Shown in pieces: positions 38,326-46,694 of a DNA stretch of 64,000 nt; position 1 is the stretch's first letter; every line of letters begins with the position of its first letter. Source of the stretch: an uncultured bacterium. GTDB lineage: Bacteria; Zixibacteria; MSB-5A5; UBA10806. Location: assembly GCA_965541585.1 (NCBI GenBank), contig CBEUCH010000011.1, forward strand, positions 32,001-96,000, read 5' to 3'. A program made the position numbers and the translations under genes. The notes under the pieces were generated by a model. That model did no database searches, was not told the origin of the DNA, and was given only the letters and a program-made list of their open reading frames with translations.

Positions 38326-40032
38326 ATGCAAATAGGCAAGTTTGGATTTAAGTGGCATAAATTGGCATTGATTTGCCTGCTATTCCTGGGATGTGGGGCT
38401 TCTTATAACCTTAGCGATTTCAGGGAATATTCGAAAAAGGATAGAGAATTTGATGCCAGGATGTATCCGGTTATGTCCACCATGAGGGGTGTTCACACGT
38501 ACGACGGAGAATGGCCCGACTGCACAGTTGCAGGGCGAAAGAATAAAGAGAAGAATTTGGAGAAATCTCTCGAGGAATTGAGTGAGATAGATACAACAGG
38601 TTGGCCAATCGATGACCAGATTGATTATATGATGAATTATAATAACGTGCGTTTGGAAAAGGAAATGGGCTTATCAGAAATCTATCACGAGAACTCTCCG
38701 TTCCATTATCTTGAGATGATTTACACGGGGCTGACCGCCATTCTTTTACGGGATCCTTATTTAGGTGAGGAGACTATGTCGTCGGTTCTAAGCAGAATCC
38801 GGAAGGTCCCGGAGTTTCTGTCGATCGCAGGAAAAAACTTGCGTTCATCGAATTATGCTGATTGTCAGTACTCCCTGGTTTCCGTACAAAGAACAACAGA
38901 CGTCATAAAAGGGGTATGCGATGATATCATAGCACGATATCCTGAGAGAAACGCCGAAATATCGTCGCTAAAGAATAAATCCGTTCTGGCTGCCAGGCAA
39001 TTTTCCCAGGATGCGTTAGAAAGGGCAACGGCGCCGGAGAGCGCTTTCTTTCTGGGAGAAGGGAATTATCGGATAGTGATCCGCGACCTTTTCTTTCTGG
39101 ATTTTGATTGCGATTCTATCATGAATCTGGCCGCCACCGTGTTCCATGAAGCTGATTCCCTGGAAAACTATTACAGGACGAAAATTCCTCATGACGAGGA
39201 CGCCTTTCCATGGCATCATGACTACATTGTCTATCCCGGATGGGATTCTATAATTGCGTACTCATCTTACCAAGAGGATCTCCTGGAGAGATTTCTTGAC
39301 GCTAATGATATAATTGCAATCCCGGATGGGCTGCTTAGAGTCGAATTCATAGAAGTACCTTCATTCCTTGAATCGAGATTTTTCAAGAAGGACGTGTTTG
39401 GCGGGCCCGGGCCCCTGGATACTAACCGAATCGCTTACTACTACATTGGTGAATCGGTAAGCTGGAGAGCTGATGGTGAGTCCCCTTTCGGCGTCGCTCC
39501 AAACAGGTCATTCAAGGAGAACATGGTCGAAAAGATTATACGTGGGAATTATCTGGTCTCGCAGATGGCTTCCACGAATCCCTCTATACACAGACAAATG
39601 AGCTCCGATCAAATGTATATCATTGGCTGGAATTATTACATATGGGAAGTTCTTTTGCAAATGGGTCTGTTCGAAAATCAGGATGAGATGCTTGCCGAGT
39701 ATTACGGCAGTTTGAAAACTATCGCCCTGCAAACGATAGCGGACGTCGGTTTCAATTTGGGCAAGCATGACGTTGATGTGTCGCGGAAGATGTTTATAGA
39801 TAGCCTGCAGATGGATTCTGATTACGCTGAATTTAGAACTTACTTTTCCTCGATATTCCCCTACAATAGTTTATCGTGTATCGTGGGGCGAGAATTGTTC
39901 AAGGACATGCGAAAAAAGGCACAGGCGTTGGAGGGAGTTGAATTCGATCTCGAATTATTCCACGGTAAGATACTAACTGAGGGCGCAATTCCGCCAATGC
40001 TGATCGCCAGAAAATACGGCTGGGAATTATAA
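38326..40032 (+). CDS. DUF885-family lipoprotein (divergent)
   Basis: Lipobox FLGC; GVHTYDGEWPD; C-terminal FDLELFHGKILTEGAIPP typical of DUF885. Confidence 0.7.
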   Translation: MQIGKFGFKWHKLALICLLFLGCGASYNLSDFREYSKKDREFDARMYPVMSTMRGVHTYDGEWPDCTVAGRKNKEKNLEKSLEELSEIDTTGWPIDDQIDYMMNYNNVRLEKEMGLSEIYHENSPFHYLEMIYTGLTAILLRDPYLGEETMSSVLSRIRKVPEFLSIAGKNLRSSNYADCQYSLVSVQRTTDVIKGVCDDIIARYPERNAEISSLKNKSVLAARQFSQDALERATAPESAFFLGEGNYRIVIRDLFFLDFDCDSIMNLAATVFHEADSLENYYRTKIPHDEDAFPWHHDYIVYPGWDSIIAYSSYQEDLLERFLDANDIIAIPDGLLRVEFIEVPSFLESRFFKKDVFGGPGPLDTNRIAYYYIGESVSWRADGESPFGVAPNRSFKENMVEKIIRGNYLVSQMASTNPSIHRQMSSDQMYIIGWNYYIWEVLLQMGLFENQDEMLAEYYGSLKTIALQTIADVGFNLGKHDVDVSRKMFIDSLQMDSDYAEFRTYFSSIFPYNSLSCIVGRELFKDMRKKAQALEGVEFDLELFHGKILTEGAIPPMLIARKYGWEL

Positions 40033-40070
40033 ACGGATTAGATACTCCGGGGCAATACAATTGGATCCTT

Positions 40071-40100
40071 GGAGGTTCGATTCCTCCCCCTTCCGGTGTT
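40071..40100 (+). repeat. attR-like duplicate of the tRNA-Sec 3' end
   Basis: 30/30 identity to 34934-34963. Confidence 0.92.
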
Positions 40101-40617
40101 ATCCGATGTTTCCCTCTTCCATTCGCAAAAACTCCAGCCCTTTATTGCTTATCTCATAATAGGTATGGTTGCGGTGCTTGATCCACTTGTTTTTGACGAT
40201 ACCTTTTCGGTATTGGATCATTTTTGGCTGGACTCTAATTAAGAGTCCCAGGTCACGAAGCTCCCTATGCCGTTCGAATACCGTGGCCCTGTCGATACCG
40301 ACCGATTTGGCCACCACCGCCGCATAATCGACCCCCATTACCGCGTGATGCTTCAATATCTTGAAATCCGTCTCATCCAGAAGCTTGAAAACGGGATCAT
40401 CAGCGAGGGTATGCTCATCATCCTCAACAAGAATCTCCTCCCAAGTCAATTTCACCAGCCTCTCCGGCTGGATGGATCGCAGGTTTCCACAGCCGGCTTT
40501 ATGGACGGAGAGCACACCGCTGTCGGGTTTGAGGAACCCCCTGATTTCGTCAGAGGGCTCAGGCCCACAGCATCGGGCGATTCTAAAGTCTTCCCTTATT
40601 CCAAGTGGATCGGTCAT
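40099..40617 (-). CDS. RelA/SpoT zinc-finger-like domain fused to DUF2250-like winged helix
   Basis: N-terminal RIARCCGPEPSDEIRGF...VHKAGC.NL; C-terminal KILKH...GVDYA...LGLL.RV...KHRNHTYYEIS.KG. Confidence 0.65.
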   Translation of the reverse strand: MTDPLGIREDFRIARCCGPEPSDEIRGFLKPDSGVLSVHKAGCGNLRSIQPERLVKLTWEEILVEDDEHTLADDPVFKLLDETDFKILKHHAVMGVDYAAVVAKSVGIDRATVFERHRELRDLGLLIRVQPKMIQYRKGIVKNKWIKHRNHTYYEISNKGLEFLRMEEGNIG

Positions 40618-40624
40618 AATTATC

Positions 40625-40652
40625 AATATACGGACTTTCTACCAATTGGCAA
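40625..40652 (-). promoter_or_regulatory. Leaderless-type promoter of the DUF2250-like gene
   Basis: Minus strand TTGCCA-16 nt-TATATT, then 7 nt to ATG 40617; no SD. Confidence 0.5.
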
Positions 40653-40712
40653 AAAATTAGCGATGGGGGCATGCCGTATTTCTATCGCCGCTAGTGTCCT
40701 CTCCTAAAGGGC

Positions 40713-40742
40713 TTGAATTATCATCACCTATAAGCTTATATT
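40713..40742 (+). promoter_or_regulatory. Promoter of the selD-selA-selB operon
   Basis: TTGAAT-18 nt-TATATT; GGAGG RBS at 40763-40767. Confidence 0.5.
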
Positions 40743-40771
40743 CGGTAATACATTCTTGATATGGAGGAATG

Positions 40772-41845
40772 GTGAGCGCGAAAGAAGAAATATTCAAGCT
40801 GACTCAATTCGCCGCCTGTGCCGGGTGAGCGTCGAAACTCAGTCGCACTGAGCTCGTCCAGGTCCTGGGCGATTTGCACCTGCAGAAATTCGATAACGTG
40901 CTGGTGGGCACGGAGCTTTTCGATGATGCCGGGGTGGTTAGAATTTCCGACGATCTCGCTATCGTAACCACGGTGGATTATTTCACACCCGTGGTGGACG
41001 ACGCCTTCGATTTCGGCGCCATCGCAGCCGCCAACTCGCTCTCGGATCTATACGCAATGGGAGGAAAGGCAGTCGCGGCTATCAATATAGTCGGATTTCC
41101 GGAGAAAGATCTCCCGTATTCGGTGCTCAAGAAGATTATCGAGGGTGGCCTGTCAGTGACGAAGGAGGCCGGGATTCCAATCGTGGGTGGTCATACGGTT
41201 AAAGCGCCCGAGCCGTTTTACGGGCTTTCCATCACCGGAACCGTGAGACCGGACAGGATCTTGACAAACTCATCCGCTCAAACCGGTGACAATCTTTATT
41301 TGACAAAACCGCTGGGCACCGGCTTGATAACTACCGGTTTGAAAAACGGCAAAGTGACTCCCGAAATAGTTGCAAATGCGGTTGAAGTTATGAAAGAGTT
41401 GAACCGGTCGGCCTCCGAGGCCGTCAGGGCAGCCACAGAACATGAACAGTCTTACAACTGCGCTGTTACCGATATTACCGGCTACGGACTTTTAGGGCAT
41501 CTATCCGAAATGCTATCAGCATCGAAGAAATCTGCGGTGATAAATTATTCTACAGTACCGTTGATGCCGGGAACAATAGAGCTTGCGAAGCAAAATCTTT
41601 TCCCCGGCGGCAGCCGTTCCAATCTCTTAAACGTCGAGCCTGATATGTTATGGAGTGGGGCATTCGAAAAATACGAGCAACTTATCCTGGCAGACGCACA
41701 AACGTCGGGGGGACTGCTAATTTCCATAAGAGCGGATCTGGCGGGATCGCTGGAAACAGAATTAAAAAGACGGGATGTGAAATTCGCAAAGATCGGCGAT
41801 GTAGTAGAAAGGGCGGAATGGCTGATAAAAGTGGTAAAAAGCTAA
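40772..41845 (+). CDS. selD: Selenophosphate synthetase SelD, selenoprotein (UGA=Sec at 40826-40828)
   Basis: GTG 40772 (or ATG 40769) reads SAKEEIFKLTQFAACAG-UGA-ASKL, in frame with the ORF-track protein. DDAGV, TVDYFTP, ANSLSDLYAMGG, GGHT, TDITGYGLLGH and DAQTSGGLL motifs present. Confidence 0.93.
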
Positions 41846-43182
41846 AGCTCTCGCGGTTTCCGAGTATCTCATCGATACTGGAGGATGACCGCTTAAAGCC
41901 TCTTTTTGAAAAATGGTCATTTGTATTCGTCTCAGGCGAGGTCAAGAGGCTGGCGGCCGGGTTGAAGAAAAGCGCTCTTAAGGAAAGTAAGATTCCCTCC
42001 CGGAATGAACTGGTCTCGCAGGCCCTGAGGCTATTTGTAAAATATGATACCGATCTTATTCGTCCCGTAATCAATGGCACAGGTGTTATACTGCACACCA
42101 ACCTCGGCCGGGCGCCAATTGATCCGGATTTATATGACCAATTGAAAGACGCCGTCTGCGGTTACTCCAACCTGGAATACGATATTGATCAGAACAAAAG
42201 ATCTAAAAGAGGTCTGATGGCCGGCAGGATGATAGCCACTCTGGCGGGAGCGGAGGCCGGGATGATGGTCAATAATAATGCCGCGGCCGTATACCTGATT
42301 GTAGCCAATCTCGCCGGCGGCAAGGAAGTAATTATCTCCCGGGGCCAGTTGGTGCAGATCGGAGGCGGTTTCAGAATTCCGGAAATAATCGAACGTTCCG
42401 GGGCTGTGTTAAAAGAGATAGGCACCACCAATAAGACATCCCTGGCCGATTATAGAAAAGCCATAAACAAAAATACCGGTCTGATTCTGGTGGTGCATAA
42501 GAGCAATTTTATCCAGAGAGGTTTTACAGCGGAACCTGAGCCTGCCAGGATAGTGGAATTGGCGAAACAGAAAAGACTGCCGGTATGTTACGATCTGGGT
42601 TCAGGGCTTCTGGCATCCAGCACGAAATTTGCCTCTCTCGATGAACCGGACGTTATAGGCGCAGTAAAAACGGGCGCCGACCTGGTTTGCTTTTCAGGGG
42701 ACAAGCTTCTTGGCGGCCCGCAGGCCGGTTTGATAGTCGGCAAACAGAGACGGATATCGGCACTCCTTAAAGATCCCATTTATAGAGTGATTCGGCCGGA
42801 TAAGTTGACCATCGGTTTGATGGAAAAGACCCTGCTTGAATATCTGACCAGCAAATCGGTCAATCCCTGCCATACAATGGCATCAATATCAATCGACAGC
42901 CTTAAAAAGAGAGCAAATGTCATCTTAGCGGCCGTTCAGAGTCCGGATATCAAGACTGTTGATCTCAAGAGCTCTTTCGGCGGGGGCTCGCTGCCGGAGT
43001 ATGAGTTTGACAGTTTCGGGATCAAGATTGCAGGAAATGCCGTCACGCTTTCCGCGAAGCTTAAGGCTGCCTTGATTCCCGTGATTTGCAGGAGCATCGC
43101 TTCTGGCGTACTAATCGATTTAAGAACAGTATCCCCCGATCAGGACGGGAGCCTTATCGAGGCTATCAGTTCATGTTTGTAG
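41818..43182 (+). CDS. selA: L-seryl-tRNA(Sec) selenium transferase SelA
   Basis: VINGTGVILHTNLGRA; VNNNAAA; QIGGGFRIP; FSGDKLLGGPQAG (PLP Lys). Likely start ATG 41818. Confidence 0.95.
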   Translation: MADKSGKKLKLSRFPSISSILEDDRLKPLFEKWSFVFVSGEVKRLAAGLKKSALKESKIPSRNELVSQALRLFVKYDTDLIRPVINGTGVILHTNLGRAPIDPDLYDQLKDAVCGYSNLEYDIDQNKRSKRGLMAGRMIATLAGAEAGMMVNNNAAAVYLIVANLAGGKEVIISRGQLVQIGGGFRIPEIIERSGAVLKEIGTTNKTSLADYRKAINKNTGLILVVHKSNFIQRGFTAEPEPARIVELAKQKRLPVCYDLGSGLLASSTKFASLDEPDVIGAVKTGADLVCFSGDKLLGGPQAGLIVGKQRRISALLKDPIYRVIRPDKLTIGLMEKTLLEYLTSKSVNPCHTMASISIDSLKKRANVILAAVQSPDIKTVDLKSSFGGGSLPEYEFDSFGIKIAGNAVTLSAKLKAALIPVICRSIASGVLIDLRTVSPDQDGSLIEAISSCL

Positions 43183-45044
43183 TCGGAACGGCCGGACATA
43201 TAGATCACGGCAAGTCGGCGTTGGTACTGAAAATGACCGGCATCGATCCGGATCGTTTGCCCGAGGAGAAAAGGCGAGGCATGACCATCGATCTGGGATT
43301 TGCCTGGGCGGAGTTGCCCTCCGGTCAGACTATCGGCATAGTCGATGTGCCGGGTCACGAAAAATTCGTCAGGAACATGGTGGCGGGGGTCGGGGGAATC
43401 GATGCCGTGATTTTCGTGATTGCTTCCGACGATGGTTGGATGCCGCAATCCGACGAACATTTCCAGATTATCAGTCTTCTGGGAATAAAAACTGGTTTCG
43501 TGGCGCTAACAAAGAAAGACCTCGTCGATGATGAGCTTCTTCAGCTTCAGGCCGACGATATACGTGATCATCTTAAAGGCAGTTTTCTCGAGGACTGCCC
43601 GATAATACCGGTTTCGAGTGTCACGGGTGAAGGTGTAGATGAGGTGATGAAAACCCTTGATACCATTCTTACGGGCGACATTCAAAAGCCGGATCTCGGC
43701 GCAGCCAGGCTTTTCATAGACCGTCGCTTTACCATACAGGGGATGGGCACGGTTGTGACCGGCACCTTGCTGGAAGGTAGCCTGACGGTCGATCAGCAGA
43801 TCGAGATTCAACCCTCCGGGAAGACAGCAAGGATTAGAAACCTCCAGACGCATCAAGCCGAGATCGAAGAGGCTCGTCCGGGAAGCCGCGTAGCCATAAA
43901 TCTTGCGGGAATGGAAAAAATGGACGTGACCAGGGGCGACGCAGTTTGCGCTCCGGACTCCATTGCTCCGACTGATACGATAGCCGCCGAATTAACGCTT
44001 CTCGAGCGTTCAAAATTTCCTCTCAAAAACGGAATCGAGCTGTCATTTCTTCTGGGTACCGCCGATGTGCTTGCCAGGGTGTATATGCTGCAATCGGATC
44101 TTCTGAAGCCGGGTGAAAAATCGCTTGTCAGGCTTCGTTTGAAAGAACCGGTAGCGGCAAAGATCGGCGATCGCTTCATAATAAGACGTATCAGCCCCCA
44201 GGATACTATAGGCGGCGGAATAGTGCTCGATACCGAGGTTATGATCGGGAAAAAGAATAAGATCAAGCAGATCGAAATCCTTAAGGCCAGGCAGAGCCTT
44301 ACACCCGAATCCATAATCTCCTCAGAGCTTTTGAAAGAGAATAAGCTCTCGTTATCAAGATTTCAAATGAATTTGCCATATAGCAGGGACGAGATGAAAA
44401 GCGCCCTGAAATCGTTATCCGAGCGGGGGGACGTTCTGATGACCGGCAACATTATAGTCTCGAAGCATTCCCTGGAGAAATTTGTCGAACCGGCCTGCAA
44501 GTTAATTGAAGACGATCATCAGATGCGGCCCTGGGCCGGTGGCATCGAACCGGGGACTCTTGGCAAGAAGTTGAAAATAGCGCCTGAACGGCTTCCGGAG
44601 GTGGTAGATTATCTGGTATCGACCGGCAGGCTAGCTATTGAAAGCGGATTTTTAAAACACCCGGAGCACAGGGCCGAACTCAAGCCGGACCAGAAGGATC
44701 TGCAGGGCAAACTTAATGTACGGCTTTCCGCCAGCCCTCTGAGCGCTCCCATAAGGAAGGAATTTATCGACGAAGACCCAAGATACGAGATAGTTTTGAA
44801 TTTTCTGCGGGACCGGGGAGACATTATAGAATTAAAGGGGGGGATACTGTTTACCAGCAGGGATTTTGAGATGATAGTCAACAGAGTGATTGAATATCTA
44901 AAACAGGTCAAGCAAGCTAAAGCATCGGACATAAAATCACACCTCGATACCAGCCGTAAGTACGTGATTCCGCTTTTGGAAAAACTGGATCATATGGGCG
45001 TAACCGTTCGGAACGGCGATAACCGCACCTTAGCAAAGAAATAG
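43173..45044 (+). CDS. selB: Selenocysteine-specific elongation factor SelB
   Basis: GTAGHIDHGKS; RGMTIDLGFA; DVPGHEKF; C-terminal SRKYVIPLLE.LD SECIS-binding winged helix. Likely start ATG 43173. Confidence 0.96.
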   Translation: MFVVGTAGHIDHGKSALVLKMTGIDPDRLPEEKRRGMTIDLGFAWAELPSGQTIGIVDVPGHEKFVRNMVAGVGGIDAVIFVIASDDGWMPQSDEHFQIISLLGIKTGFVALTKKDLVDDELLQLQADDIRDHLKGSFLEDCPIIPVSSVTGEGVDEVMKTLDTILTGDIQKPDLGAARLFIDRRFTIQGMGTVVTGTLLEGSLTVDQQIEIQPSGKTARIRNLQTHQAEIEEARPGSRVAINLAGMEKMDVTRGDAVCAPDSIAPTDTIAAELTLLERSKFPLKNGIELSFLLGTADVLARVYMLQSDLLKPGEKSLVRLRLKEPVAAKIGDRFIIRRISPQDTIGGGIVLDTEVMIGKKNKIKQIEILKARQSLTPESIISSELLKENKLSLSRFQMNLPYSRDEMKSALKSLSERGDVLMTGNIIVSKHSLEKFVEPACKLIEDDHQMRPWAGGIEPGTLGKKLKIAPERLPEVVDYLVSTGRLAIESGFLKHPEHRAELKPDQKDLQGKLNVRLSASPLSAPIRKEFIDEDPRYEIVLNFLRDRGDIIELKGGILFTSRDFEMIVNRVIEYLKQVKQAKASDIKSHLDTSRKYVIPLLEKLDHMGVTVRNGDNRTLAKK

Positions 45045-45059
45045 CAGCAGTTTCGCACC

Positions 45060-46655
45060 ATGGCAAATCGGAAAATATTTATAGACGGTAAATTCCATAA
45101 CCTCGAGCCAGGGTCGAAAGTTATCCAGGCGATTGCGGTTGAGGACGGGGAAATAATAGATGTCGGCTCCAACGTAAAGATAAAACCGCTTGGCCGGCGT
45201 GGCTTTGAGATCTACGATCTGAAAAGGAGATGCGTGCTCCCCGGAATAATCGATTCACATCTTCATCTTTTATCGCTTGGCAATCTCTTCAGGAGGGTCG
45301 ATCTGGATGATGTGGATTCGCTCGATGGGGTAGCGAACATCCTAAAAAAAGCGGTGTCGAAGCTTAGGACCGGGCAGTGGCTGCAGGGACGCGGCTGGAA
45401 TAAGAACCTCTGGGGAGATGATTTTCCTGACAAGTATCTGCTGGACGCCATAACTAAGAATCCGGTCGCTCTTTATAGCAAGGACGGCCATCTTCTATGG
45501 GTCAACTCCGCTGCTTTGAAATATTGCGGTATCGACGGCAATACATCTGACCCGCCGGGGGGTGTCATACACAGAGATGCCGATAGAAATCCCACGGGAG
45601 TTCTTAAAGAAAATGCAGTCGATCTGGTTTCGAATAAGATACCTCCTCAATCTAACGATGAGAAGACCGAGGCGATTGTTGCAGCCCAGAGACACCTTTT
45701 GAAACTGGGAATCGTGGCCGTCGGAGATTGCGATACTCAAACATCACAAATCTCGAAGTTCAATGAACTGGAGGTAACCGGCGGTCTTCAGATGCGGATT
45801 TTCAAGATGATCCACCCGGATGACCTCGATATTGCCGGTAAACTCAAACTGAAGACCGGGATGGGCAGCTATCGTTTTCGAGTCGGTTGTCTCAAACTAT
45901 TTGCGGACGGCGCTCTCGGCTCGCAGACGGCTTATATGTTCAAGCCTTACAATCAGACTGAGAGCAATTACGGCGTGGAAACGTTGACTGAGAAAGAAAT
46001 CGAAAAATACGTGTCGAAAGCAGTCAGGGCCGGAATCTCTGTCGCTGTTCATGCGATCGGTGATAAGGCTAACTATCATGTTCTATCGGTGCTGGGAAGA
46101 TATGCGGCCGCTTTTTCGGAAAAGGGATTGAGACCGAGAATCGAGCATGCGCAGATTCTGAGGAGAAAAGAGATACCAAGTTTTAAGAAGTGCGGCGTGA
46201 TTGCGTCGGTTCAACCTATCCATGTCACCTCCGACCGCGATATCTCCGATCGTTACCTGGGCGAGAGGGCACGGTATACGTATCCTTTTAGATCGCTATT
46301 AAGATCAGGCGTCGAGCTGGCTTTCGGTTCCGATGCTCCCATAGAGACGGCCAATCCGATAGCTGGTATTCATGCCGCGGTGACCAGGAAGAGGCCGAAT
46401 GAAAATCGAAAGGCCTGGTATTCCGGGGAGAGGATCACGGTTCGCCAGGCTTTAAGAGCATATACCGTGGGAGCCGCGAGAGCATGTTGCTACGATGATA
46501 TAATTGGAAGTATAACCATTGGGAAGCGAGCCGATTTTGTGGTGCTGTCGGATGATATTTTCAAAACCAGAGTGGATGATATTCACCTTATAGAGGTTTT
46601 GGCGACAGTAGTCGATGGTAAGGTAGCGTTCGGTCGGCGCAATCTCGGACGATAA
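45060..46655 (+). CDS. Amidohydrolase (YtcJ-like, Amidohydro_3)
   Basis: PGIIDSHLH; KLFADGALGS; HAIGD; RIEHAQ; GSDAP. Confidence 0.9.
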   Translation: MANRKIFIDGKFHNLEPGSKVIQAIAVEDGEIIDVGSNVKIKPLGRRGFEIYDLKRRCVLPGIIDSHLHLLSLGNLFRRVDLDDVDSLDGVANILKKAVSKLRTGQWLQGRGWNKNLWGDDFPDKYLLDAITKNPVALYSKDGHLLWVNSAALKYCGIDGNTSDPPGGVIHRDADRNPTGVLKENAVDLVSNKIPPQSNDEKTEAIVAAQRHLLKLGIVAVGDCDTQTSQISKFNELEVTGGLQMRIFKMIHPDDLDIAGKLKLKTGMGSYRFRVGCLKLFADGALGSQTAYMFKPYNQTESNYGVETLTEKEIEKYVSKAVRAGISVAVHAIGDKANYHVLSVLGRYAAAFSEKGLRPRIEHAQILRRKEIPSFKKCGVIASVQPIHVTSDRDISDRYLGERARYTYPFRSLLRSGVELAFGSDAPIETANPIAGIHAAVTRKRPNENRKAWYSGERITVRQALRAYTVGAARACCYDDIIGSITIGKRADFVVLSDDIFKTRVDDIHLIEVLATVVDGKVAFGRRNLGR

Positions 46656-46658
46656 ACC

Positions 46659-46688
46659 TTGACACACAAGATCTTATAATCCTATCTT
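46659..46688 (+). promoter_or_regulatory. Leaderless-type promoter of nfeD
   Basis: TTGACA-18 nt-TATCTT, 6 nt before ATG 46695; no SD. Confidence 0.6.
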
Positions 46689-46694
46689 AGAACC

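Larger units (their letters stand above)
34934..40100. mobile_element. 5.1-kb genomic islet integrated at the tRNA-Sec 3' end; no integrase present
   Basis: Identical 30-bp direct repeat GGAGGTTCGATTCCTCCCCCTTCCGGTGTT at 34934-34963 and 40071-40100, enclosing three accessory genes. Confidence 0.8.

Noticed and set aside
40267..40707. Plus-strand ORFs of 146 and 99 aa
   Set aside because: Antisense to the motif-bearing DUF2250-like gene, with no recognisable features.
40874..41845. ORF-track SelD start at TTG 40874
   Set aside because: It omits the catalytic N-terminus; the real gene reads through UGA 40826.
41650..43172. N-terminal extensions of SelA (from 41650) and SelB (from 43086)
   Set aside because: They overlap upstream genes extensively and precede the conserved N-termini; ATG 41818 and ATG 43173 fit better.
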